Shown in pieces: positions 22,261 to 30,401 of a stretch of DNA of 43,193 nucleotides. The DNA comes from Synechococcus sp. TMED19. GTDB lineage: Bacteria; Cyanobacteriota; Cyanobacteriia; PCC-6307; Cyanobiaceae. The number at the start of each line of letters is the position of its first letter. Positions within the stretch are counted from its first letter, which is position 1. The stretch is taken from positions 1 to 43,193 of the forward strand of contig NHBY01000027.1 in NCBI GenBank assembly GCA_002168155.1, read 5' to 3'. The position numbers and the translations under genes were made by a program. Under the pieces are notes generated by a model that did no database searches, was not told where the DNA came from, and saw only the letters and a program-made list of their open reading frames with translations.

Positions 22261-23325
22261 ATGGCAAGCACCGGAAGCGTCAGCGCTTGGGAAGAAGCAT
22301 TGCTAACAGCAATGATTCAATACCCAGTCCCTGTCATCAAAGGACCTGAGGATATCCAGACCCAGGTCGATCAGATTTGCAAATGCGTTGCCACCACAAA
22401 GGCTGGCTACCCAGATCTCGATCTCATTGTGTTCCCTGAGTATTCCACGCAGGGATTGAACACGCAGATCTGGACCTACGATGAGATGCTGCTCCGCATC
22501 GATTCACCAGAAATCGGTCGCTTCAAGCAAGCCTGTATCGACAACAAGGTCTGGGGCGTCTTTTCCTTGATGGAACAGAATGACGACCCTAGCCTGCCTC
22601 CCTTCAACACAGCAATCATCATCAATTCAGATGGTGAAATTGTTCTGCACTATCGCAAGCTGCAACCCTGGGTGCCCATTGAGCCATGGTCTCCTGGCAA
22701 CTATGGAATGCCAGTCTGTGATGGTCCTAAGGGGTCCAAGTTAGCTGTATGCATCTGTCATGACGGGATGTTCCCAGAATTGGCACGAGAAGCCGCATAC
22801 AAGGGCGCTAATGTCTACATCCGAATTTCTGGTTATTCGACTCAGGTCAACGATCAGTGGATCTGGACCAACAGAACGAATGCTTGGCAAAATCTGATGT
22901 ACACCATTTCAGTCAACTTGGCTGGATACGACAACGTCTTCTACTACTTTGGTGAAGGTACGGTCTGCAACTACGACGGTAACGTTATTCAGCAGGGCCA
23001 CCGCAATCCCTGGGAAATCGTCACTGCTGAACTCTTCCCAAGGTTGGTTGATAAAGCCCGAGAGCATTGGGCACTTGAGAACAACATCTTCAACCTCGGA
23101 TGCCGTGCTTATGTCGGCAAGCCTGGAGGCGAAAAAGAAAACTACCTTACTTGGGTCAAAGATCTTGCCAATGGTGAGTACAAACTCCCCTGGGACGACA
23201 AGATCAAAGTTAGAGATGGCTGGAAGTACTATCCAGAAGGAGTCAAGTTAGGGCCATTGCCTGCGTCGACAAACGGTCACAGTACAGCTTCCGTTCCAAA
23301 CAGCCCAGTTCCAGCACAAGTCTAG
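22261..23325 (+). CDS. amiF: formamidase AmiF-type (nitrilase/CN-hydrolase superfamily aliphatic amidase)
   Basis: Near-colinear with my memory of Helicobacter pylori AmiF. Shared motifs:
- IQ.PVP
- TKAGYP
- [11 protein letters not shown]
- [71 protein letters not shown]
- [15 protein letters not shown]
- [11 protein letters not shown]
- LENNI.NLG
- KPGGE
- YKLPW

The ATG at 22261 is preferred; alternatives are ATG 22225 and TTG 22198. Confidence 0.88.
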
Positions 23326-23350
23326 AGATCACTACATCAACGATATCAAG

Positions 23351-23382
23351 GGCCCGGAGTTCATTCTCTGGGCCTTTTTATT
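23351..23382 (+). terminator. rho-independent terminator after amiF
   Basis: Stem ggcccggag / ctctgggcc (one G-U pair), loop ttcatt, followed by tttttatt. Lies 25 nt after the amiF stop. Confidence 0.75.
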
Positions 23383-23471
23383 GCCTGAAATTAAAGATGG
23401 GAATCAAACCAAGAAAAGCTCCAATTGTCAATCCGAGAATGGAAGCAATAGATCACATTTGATATTGCACT

Positions 23472-23504
23472 AAAAAGGTCTAGAGTTAAACCTCTGGACC
23501 TTTT
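23472..23504 (-). terminator. rho-independent (potentially bidirectional) terminator after urtE
   Basis: Stem ggtctagag / ctctggacc (one G-U pair), loop ttaaac. It is flanked by aaaaa on the left and tttt on the right, so it reads as hairpin plus U-tract on both strands. Lies 40 nt downstream of the urtE stop. Confidence 0.7.
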
Positions 23505-23543
23505 GAAGGGCTATTTAAAATGCAAACTATTGAAAGCCCAAGT

Positions 23544-24272
23544 TTAGACTGTGAGGAACTCTTCAATCACTGAATCAGACAACGAGCTGGTAGGACCACT
23601 TGAAACAATGCCTCCGCGTTGCATTGCATAGTAGAAGCTGGATTGCTTAACAAATTGCAGATGCTGCTCAACAAGCAAGACACTAATGCCTGTCTCTTTA
23701 ATAATACGTTGAACTGCATTTTCGATGTCTAGAATAATCGATGGCTGGATTCCCTCAGTAGGCTCATCGAGCAATAGCAATTTTGGCTTTCCTAGCAATG
23801 CGCGGGCGATTGCAAGTTGCTGTTGCTGTCCACCGCTGAGATCGCCACCACGACGATTGAGAAATTGCTCGAGAATCGGAAAGAGTTCAAAAACAATCGG
23901 GTCAATATGCCGATTTTTAGCAATGCCCCCAGGCAACGACTCCATACCCAAGAGTAAATTTTCACGTACGGTAATTCGAGGGATAATGTCCCTACCTTGA
24001 GAGACATAACCAATTCCATGGCGAGCACGCTGATAAGGTGCTTGATCTTGGAGCATGGTTCCGTCATACTCAATAGAACCTGAGCGCTGATTTAGCAAAC
24101 CAATAATCGTTTTAAGAAAAGTGGTTTTACCAACTCCATTGCGACCAATTAAACAAACCATCTCACCTGCAGGGATGTGCAGATCAACATTACGGAGAAT
24201 ATGACTCTCTCCATAATAAACATTCAGCCCAGAGACATTGAGAATGGTTTGAGTTGCAGTAGTCGTAGTCAT
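23544..24272 (-). CDS. urtE: urea ABC transporter ATP-binding protein UrtE
   Basis: Walker A GRNGVGKTT, signature LSGGQQQ, Walker B LLLLDEP. Branched-chain LivF-like subunit, fifth gene of the urt order. Confidence 0.88.
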   Translation of the reverse strand: MTTTTATQTILNVSGLNVYYGESHILRNVDLHIPAGEMVCLIGRNGVGKTTFLKTIIGLLNQRSGSIEYDGTMLQDQAPYQRARHGIGYVSQGRDIIPRITVRENLLLGMESLPGGIAKNRHIDPIVFELFPILEQFLNRRGGDLSGGQQQQLAIARALLGKPKLLLLDEPTEGIQPSIILDIENAVQRIIKETGISVLLVEQHLQFVKQSSFYYAMQRGGIVSSGPTSSLSDSVIEEFLTV

Positions 24273-24318
24273 GACCTCAGGAAGCGATTGGTTGAGTAAA
24301 AGTCCTTATTCCATAAAA

Positions 24319-25068
24319 CTAATGATCATCGGACTGACCCAGATAAACCTCGATGACCCGAGGGTCAGCCTTAACTTCTTCCATCATGCCCTGAGTTAAC
24401 AATTGACCTTGGTGCAGGACAGTTACGGGCGCCCCTAAATCACGAATGAACTCCATATCGTGTTCAATGACAACAACTGTATGATCACCAGCAAGAGATT
24501 TAATCAACTCTGCTGTTCGAGCTGTCTCATCATCAGTTAAGCCAGCTACAGGTTCATCCAGCAAAATCACATCAGGAGCTTGTGCCACAAGCATCGAGAT
24601 AGCAAGCCATTGCTTTTGTCCATGAGACAAGGAACCTGCCTCGACTTTTGCATAAGGAGCTAATCCAACATAATCCATGATGCGATAAACCTCATCTTTG
24701 ACCGATGAGGTCAGGGTTTCAAACATCAAGTGAAACGGAGTTTTATTTGGTGCAGCAGCAAATTCCAGATTTCTAACAACTGAGAGGTTGTTAAAGACAC
24801 GAGGAGTTTGAAATTTACGCCCGACTCCAAGCCTGGAAATCTTCTGTTCCGATAAACCTAAGATGCTTTCACCCCTGAGTGAAACAGCACCTTTAGTTGG
24901 TTTTACTTTACCTGTAATGACATCCAGGAAAGTCGTTTTGCCAGCACCATTCGGGCCAATAATAGAGCGGAGCTCACCGGGTTGAAGAGAAAGTGAAAGA
25001 TCTGTCAGAGCAAAAAAGCCGTCAAAATCAACACTGACATCTTGGAGTTCTAGGATTGGAGTAGGCAT
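24319..25068 (-). CDS. urtD: urea ABC transporter ATP-binding protein UrtD
   Basis: Walker A GPNGAGKTT, signature LSHGQKQ, Walker B ILLDEP. LivG-like subunit, fourth gene. Confidence 0.88.
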   Translation of the reverse strand: MPTPILELQDVSVDFDGFFALTDLSLSLQPGELRSIIGPNGAGKTTFLDVITGKVKPTKGAVSLRGESILGLSEQKISRLGVGRKFQTPRVFNNLSVVRNLEFAAAPNKTPFHLMFETLTSSVKDEVYRIMDYVGLAPYAKVEAGSLSHGQKQWLAISMLVAQAPDVILLDEPVAGLTDDETARTAELIKSLAGDHTVVVIEHDMEFIRDLGAPVTVLHQGQLLTQGMMEEVKADPRVIEVYLGQSDDH

Positions 25069-25107
25069 AGCAGCAAGGTGAGAAAACTAGAATGAAGTCA
25101 ATCGTTA

Positions 25108-26244
25108 TCACTTTGGAGTAATTGTTTTTGGCTCAAGATTAACTTGCTCGTCCAGGTCAAGACTGGGGTAGGTTTTCGCTCTTTTCGCAATTCCAAAAGC
25201 AGACAGCATGGATGCTGCACCACCTTTGGTCAGCCAACCATAAATACCATCAGGCATGAGCACGACAACAAAGATAAACAAGCCACCCTGCACAAATAGC
25301 CAAGCTTCTGGCAATGCCTCACTCACTAGACTACGGAGGTAGTTCACTAACACAGCGCCAATAATTGGGCCAATTAAGGTGCCCCGACCTCCGACAGCAA
25401 CCCAGATCACCATTTCAATAGACATTGAAATGGCCATGTACTGGGGCGACACAATTCCAGATTGAACCGTATATAAAGCACCTGAAATACCAGCAAGTCC
25501 ACCGGCAACAAGAAAAACAATCACCTTGAAGGGAACCGGATTGAAACCCGTGAAACGGACGCGAGCTTCATCATCACGAATACCAATCAATGCATCACCA
25601 AACCTGCCACTGGTCAAGAACTTACAAAGAAGATAGGCAAAAGGGAGGATAATTAAAGTAACCCGGTATAATAAGAGTTGAGCATCATCAGATCCAACAA
25701 TCATCCCAAAAAGTTCGGTTGTTGAAGTCTTGAGGCCATTTGTACCGTTCACTAGTTTCTGCTGCCCATTGAAGAAGTGGTAGAAGACCATCAATGAGGC
25801 TTGAGTAATAATTGAGAAATAGACGCCTTTAATTCGATTCCTAAAAATTAGATATCCAACCAAGCCGGCAACAACTGCAGGTATAATCCAAATGGCAATT
25901 AAAGTGACTGGAAATGACCAAAACGGCTCCCAGAAGAAGGGAAGATTATCAACGCCATAATTTTCAAAGAATTTTGGTAGACCATTTGCACCTGTTGTAA
26001 AGTCGTTTTTTGTGACTAATAACAAGTGCATAGCAATGGCATAGCCACCTAATGCAAAGAAAATACCCTGACCAAGACTAAGGAGCCCTGTATAACCCCA
26101 TATCAAATCAATTCCGAGAGCAACAATGGCAAGAGAGAAATAGCGGCCAAAAAGATTAAGCCTGAATTGCGATAAAATCTCCGGAAGAACAAAAAAAGCG
26201 AAGGCGAGAAGAATCCAGGGGACTAATTTGCGAAAGAGTTTCAT
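25108..26244 (-). CDS. urtC: urea ABC transporter permease UrtC
   Basis: 378-aa polytopic membrane protein, LivM-like (GYTGLLSLGQGIFFALGGY). Third gene of the operon. Confidence 0.85.
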   Translation of the reverse strand: MKLFRKLVPWILLAFAFFVLPEILSQFRLNLFGRYFSLAIVALGIDLIWGYTGLLSLGQGIFFALGGYAIAMHLLLVTKNDFTTGANGLPKFFENYGVDNLPFFWEPFWSFPVTLIAIWIIPAVVAGLVGYLIFRNRIKGVYFSIITQASLMVFYHFFNGQQKLVNGTNGLKTSTTELFGMIVGSDDAQLLLYRVTLIILPFAYLLCKFLTSGRFGDALIGIRDDEARVRFTGFNPVPFKVIVFLVAGGLAGISGALYTVQSGIVSPQYMAISMSIEMVIWVAVGGRGTLIGPIIGAVLVNYLRSLVSEALPEAWLFVQGGLFIFVVVLMPDGIYGWLTKGGAASMLSAFGIAKRAKTYPSLDLDEQVNLEPKTITPK

Positions 26245-26268
26245 AGCTATGTCAATGAGAGAGGATAA

Positions 26269-27432
26269 TCAAGCCTCAACTGACCGTCCCTTCTGAGGGA
26301 ACATGCCCGTTGGCTTAAATTGAAGAAACCCGATGATAAAGATAAAGATCAGAACGTATGACATACTTGTTGTTGCGAAGAATTCAACCACAGCTGCGGC
26401 CACTTTTGGCATATCTGGGAATGCAATCAGCAGTGAACCCGAGCCAATAATTGACTGAATAATGCCAAGCATCATTGAAGCAATTACCGTACCAACAAGA
26501 TTACCAACTCCACCTAAAACAATGACCATAAAGCAAGAGACGATATAAGCAGCACCAAGATTGGGACCAACTGAGCCCAACAGAGTAATTGCGGCTCCAG
26601 CAACTCCAGCAAGACCTGAGCCAACGCCAAAAGTAATACTATCGACACTATCAGTGGGAATACCCAAGCAATTACTCATTTGACGGTTTTGAGTAACTGC
26701 ACGGATACGCAGTCCCCAAACACTTTTAGTCAGGAACCATGCAACACCAAGCAATAGTAATGCTGACAAAATAATGATGAAAATCCTGATACCTGGTAGT
26801 TCAATTCCAGCAATAGAACCCCAACTGCCCTGAAGCCATTTAGGAGCGGTCACATCAATATTTCGGGGACCGAACCATGGCTTATTCAGAGCTCGGTTGC
26901 CAATGCCCGTAATGGCCGAAATAGTGACAATGCCTAGCAGAGCAGAGGCAGTCCAAATCAATCCAGCAAGATAGGGAGCAAAAGGACGGGACTTAATTTT
27001 CTTGGGAAGATAGCGATTCACGAGGATCCCAAGAATCACAGTCACACCAATGCCCAGCACCATGGGAGTTGAAACACTGCGTACAAACTGAATCAAAATC
27101 AAGCTGACACCCCATGTCGCCAAGAGGGTTTCAAGTGGTCGGCCATAAAGCTTACGTATCAGAGTCTTCTCGAGAAAAACTCCAACCACGGCCGTGACAA
27201 AGAAAGCTGCCACAAGAGCGACGGGATAATAAAGCTGGAACAAGCCTTCACCCAGAGGCTTGAACAGATTTTGAACAACGTAAGTGACATAAGCCCCAAC
27301 CATCATCAACTCACCATGGGCAAGGTTGATAACGCCCATAAGGCCGAAGACAATCGCAAGGCCAGTTGCTGCTAGCAGCAGGACTGATCCGATACTTACG
27401 CCATCGAGCAACTGTGAAAAAACTAGTTCCAT
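26269..27432 (-). CDS. urtB: urea ABC transporter permease UrtB
   Basis: 387-aa polytopic membrane protein, LivH-like (GVINLAHGELMMVGAY). Second gene of the operon. Confidence 0.85.
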   Translation of the reverse strand: MELVFSQLLDGVSIGSVLLLAATGLAIVFGLMGVINLAHGELMMVGAYVTYVVQNLFKPLGEGLFQLYYPVALVAAFFVTAVVGVFLEKTLIRKLYGRPLETLLATWGVSLILIQFVRSVSTPMVLGIGVTVILGILVNRYLPKKIKSRPFAPYLAGLIWTASALLGIVTISAITGIGNRALNKPWFGPRNIDVTAPKWLQGSWGSIAGIELPGIRIFIIILSALLLLGVAWFLTKSVWGLRIRAVTQNRQMSNCLGIPTDSVDSITFGVGSGLAGVAGAAITLLGSVGPNLGAAYIVSCFMVIVLGGVGNLVGTVIASMMLGIIQSIIGSGSLLIAFPDMPKVAAAVVEFFATTSMSYVLIFIFIIGFLQFKPTGMFPQKGRSVEA

Positions 27433-27444
27433 CGTTTCATTGTG

Positions 27445-27483
27445 AAAAAAAAGGGGTGAGTCACTTAATTGTGACTCACCCCT
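27445..27483 (-). terminator. intercistronic hairpin plus U8 (attenuator/terminator) between urtA and urtB
   Basis: On the minus strand: AGGGGTGAGTCAC-aattaa-GTGACTCACCCCT, a perfect 13-bp stem, followed by TTTTTTTT. It lies 23 nt after the urtA stop, and the U-tract ends 12 nt before the urtB ATG. Confidence 0.8.
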
Positions 27484-27506
27484 GGGACATCATTCAGACG
27501 TAACGA

Positions 27507-28808
27507 TTACATCTTGAACTTTCCAGCGTCCGCTCGATCCAGTGTCCAATCGCACTTGTAACCCTTGGTCTCAGGAACGTATTGGTTCCAAGTGATCGGA
27601 GCAACAGGGGTCTTGCTATCCCAGAGGATCTTGAATTGACCGTCGTCCATTGCCTCGCCGATCCGAACAGTCTGGGAGATGTGATGATTGGGGTACATCT
27701 CGATCGGACCTTGAGGCGCGTCTAGCTTGATTCCAATCAGCGCATTCCTTACGGCATCGAGATCCTCGTAAGTATCTGCCTTCTCAACAGCAGCCTTCCA
27801 GAGGTAGACCATGTTGTAGGCGGACTCCATCGGATCATTCGTGACACGATCATCTCCATACTCAGCCAAGAAAGCCTCGTTGAAGTTGTTGGAAGCTTCA
27901 GTGCCCAGGGACATGAAGTAATTCCAAGCCGCATAAGTACCGCCAACGTACTCAGGACCGATTTGGCGAATTTCCTCTTCTGCGATTGAGAAGGACATGA
28001 TGGGGTACTTCTCAGGATCAATGCCTGCAGCCTTGAACTGCTTGAAGAGGGCAACGTTGGAGTCACCATTCAGGGTATTGATGATGATGCCGCCATCAGG
28101 GAAAGCTTTCTTGATCTTGGCGATGATCGGAGCAACCTCTGTGTTGCCAAGGGGAATGTAGTCCTCACCAACCGTCTCACCGCCCAGGCTCTTGACCTGC
28201 TCTTTAATGATGGTGTTCGCCGTACGTGGATAGACGTAGTCGGAACCAACGAGGTAAACCTTCTTACCAAGCTTGCCGGAGAACTTGTCAAAGAGCCAAT
28301 CAACAGCAGGCTCAGCTTGCTGATTGGGCACTGCGCCTGTATAGAAGATGTTCTTGGAACACTCCTGGCCTTCGTACTGGATCGGATAGAAGAGGAAGTG
28401 ATCCTTTGCTTCATAGACAGGAAGCATTGCCTTGCGGCTTGCTGAAGTCCAGCCGCCAAAGACAACAGCAACACCATCAGCATCGATCAGCTTCTGCGAT
28501 TTCTCAGCAAAAGTTGGCCAATCTGAGGCACCGTCTTCGGAGATGGATTTGATTTTGTAGCTCTTGCCACCAACCTTGACGCCGCCAGAATCATTAATCT
28601 CCTTGATCGCCATCTCCTCAGTCTCTTTGAGGGTGGTTTCAGAGATCGCCATGGTTCCACTCAGGGAGTGGAGAATGCCAACTTTGATTTCACCGTCAAA
28701 GTCGCCTGCAGTGTCACCGCCGCCGCCACCGCCGCAGGCCGTGGTTGTCAGTCCCACGGCAGCAGCAGCTAAGCCAGCGACAAGACGCTTCGAGAGCGAG
28801 AGTTTCAT
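27507..28808 (-). CDS. urtA: urea ABC transporter substrate-binding lipoprotein UrtA
   Basis: The ATG at 28808 gives MKLSLSKRLVAGLAAAAVGLTTTACGGGGGGD, a signal peptide with lipobox Cys and a Gly linker. The body (VGILHSLSGTMAISE..., GGWTSASRKA, YPIQYEG) matches cyanobacterial UrtA as I remember it. The track start at 28853 is probably too far upstream. Confidence 0.9.
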   Translation of the reverse strand: MKLSLSKRLVAGLAAAAVGLTTTACGGGGGGDTAGDFDGEIKVGILHSLSGTMAISETTLKETEEMAIKEINDSGGVKVGGKSYKIKSISEDGASDWPTFAEKSQKLIDADGVAVVFGGWTSASRKAMLPVYEAKDHFLFYPIQYEGQECSKNIFYTGAVPNQQAEPAVDWLFDKFSGKLGKKVYLVGSDYVYPRTANTIIKEQVKSLGGETVGEDYIPLGNTEVAPIIAKIKKAFPDGGIIINTLNGDSNVALFKQFKAAGIDPEKYPIMSFSIAEEEIRQIGPEYVGGTYAAWNYFMSLGTEASNNFNEAFLAEYGDDRVTNDPMESAYNMVYLWKAAVEKADTYEDLDAVRNALIGIKLDAPQGPIEMYPNHHISQTVRIGEAMDDGQFKILWDSKTPVAPITWNQYVPETKGYKCDWTLDRADAGKFKM

Positions 28809-28884
28809 TGGACGTTCACACGAAAAGGTTGAATGTGCCGATCTCGTCAGCAACTAGATGGTACGGACCACAAAAGCGCACTAA

Positions 28885-28898
28885 GTATCAATGGTTAC
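28885..28898 (-). promoter_or_regulatory. NtcA binding site (GTAN8TAC) of the urtA promoter
   Basis: Perfect palindromic box GTATCAATGGTTAC. On the minus strand a TAN3T hexamer (TACCAT, 28863-28858) follows after 21 nt. The predicted TSS lies about 50 nt upstream of the urtA ATG. Confidence 0.7.
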
Positions 28899-28926
28899 TT
28901 TTTCTTTTTTGTAAACCTAGCGTGAA

Positions 28927-29526
28927 TCAAAGGGGTAACTGTTGTAACAAGAAATGGCGAATTGTTTCCAAGCCCTCACCGCTCCGCAAGTTTGAAAAGC
29001 ACCAGGGGAGCTTTCCTCGCATTCGACTTGCATCCTCAGCCATCACAGACAAATCGGCACCAACCATTGAAGCCAAATCAACTTTATTGATTACCAAGAG
29101 GTCAGAGCGAGTGATACCAGGACCTCCTTTACGAGGAATCTTGTCGCCGGCCGCGACATCAATCACATAGATGCAGAGATCTACCAACTCCGGACTGAAG
29201 CTGGCGGCGAGGTTGTCACCACCGCTTTCAACCAAAACAAGATCCAGATCAGGAAACCGCTGCTCCAGTTCCTCAACTGCAGCACGGTTAATCGAGCAGT
29301 CCTCACGGATTGCCGTATGGGGGCACCCACCAGTTTCAACGCCACGGATGCGCTCCGGCTCAAGGGCTCCGGCTCGCGTCAAGAACTGAGCATCCTCTTG
29401 CGTATAGATGTCATTGGTCACTACCGCCAACTGCAGCTGATGGCGCAGGCTGCGGCAAATGGCTTCGACCAGAGCTGTCTTGCCAGAGCCCACTGGACCA
29501 GCAACCCCCACCCGCAGTCGACTCAT
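28927..29526 (-). CDS. ureG: urease accessory GTPase UreG
   Basis: [14 protein letters not shown] (P-loop), [18 protein letters not shown], and INKVDL are classic UreG motifs. Confidence 0.95.
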
Positions 29527-29621
29527 GAACTCAATCCAGCTGGGGCCATGTTGCCAACGGCGGATAACCGTATTCTGAATTTCCTCGCCTCGAAGCTATC
29601 GACGCCATCACCCTGCTGGCG

Positions 29622-30395
29622 TTGATCGCCTGTGGCCTGGCCGGCGGCTTCATCAACACGGTGGCCGCTAGCGGCGCCACCGTGGTGGTGCCTTCGATGA
29701 TCGGGCTTGGCCTCGAGGCGGGGATCGCCAATGGCACGAGTCGACTGGCAGCAGTAGCTGGCTTGGCGACAGCCACCTGGCGCTTTCACCAAGCCGGAGC
29801 CATTCCATGGGTGCTCACACTCAAGGCGACGTTGCCAATGGTGCTGGGGGCAACAGCGGGATCACTCTGGGCAACCGCCCTCGACGACCACTGGATCAGC
29901 CTCTCGATCGCTGGCTCTCTGCTGTTTGTCTTGATCTGTCTGGTTACCCAACCGACCAGGCTGCTGAAAGAGGACGACCTCAGCACAAGTACCACTGACA
30001 TCCAGCTGGGCCCGAGCTTCTATCTCTTGATGACCGCCACTGGCTTCTGGGCCGGGTTTATCGCCCTGGGATCAGGGGTGATGACCCTGCTGGTGCTGGT
30101 ACTAGCCGGAGGCATCCCGCTGAAGACCGCCAACATCCTCAAGTGTTTTGTGCGACTTAGTTCAAGCCTTGTCGCCCTGTTGGTCTTTGGGCTCAGAGGC
30201 GAAATCAACTGGCTCTGGGCGCTGCCGCTGGCTGTATCCGGGATGGCCGGTGCCCATCTCGGGGCCAAGCTGGCCCTCGGCGAAGGCGCCACGCAACTGA
30301 TCTTTCGAGCCTTAATCGCTGTTGTAGGCCTGGAAGTCCTTAGCTTTCTCTGGCGACTCGGCCTACCGCAGAACCTGATGAGCGGACTGGTCTGA
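29622..30395 (+). CDS. TSUP (TauE/SafE, DUF81) family permease
   Basis: 257-aa polytopic membrane protein: GLAGGFINTVAASGATVVVPSMI..G......NGTSRL, with a second-half repeat GFWAGFIALGSGVMTLLVL. TTG start. The in-frame upstream extension has no canonical start codon (see findings). Confidence 0.7.
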   Translation: MIACGLAGGFINTVAASGATVVVPSMIGLGLEAGIANGTSRLAAVAGLATATWRFHQAGAIPWVLTLKATLPMVLGATAGSLWATALDDHWISLSIAGSLLFVLICLVTQPTRLLKEDDLSTSTTDIQLGPSFYLLMTATGFWAGFIALGSGVMTLLVLVLAGGIPLKTANILKCFVRLSSSLVALLVFGLRGEINWLWALPLAVSGMAGAHLGAKLALGEGATQLIFRALIAVVGLEVLSFLWRLGLPQNLMSGLV

Positions 30396-30401
30396 TGCGG
30401 C

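Noticed and set aside
23383-23470. Tiny minus-strand frame encoding a TM-like peptide (SIASILGLTIGAFLGLIPIFNFRQ) between the two convergent terminators.
   Set aside because: An in-frame TGA lies immediately upstream. The only start is an internal TTG, which would give 17 aa. It is probably a gene remnant or chance.
28700-28740. GC-rich triplet repeat (gccgcc/accgcc) near the urtA 5' end.
   Set aside because: It is simply the coding sequence of the poly-Gly linker (CGGGGGGD) that follows the lipobox cysteine of UrtA. It is not an independent repeat element.
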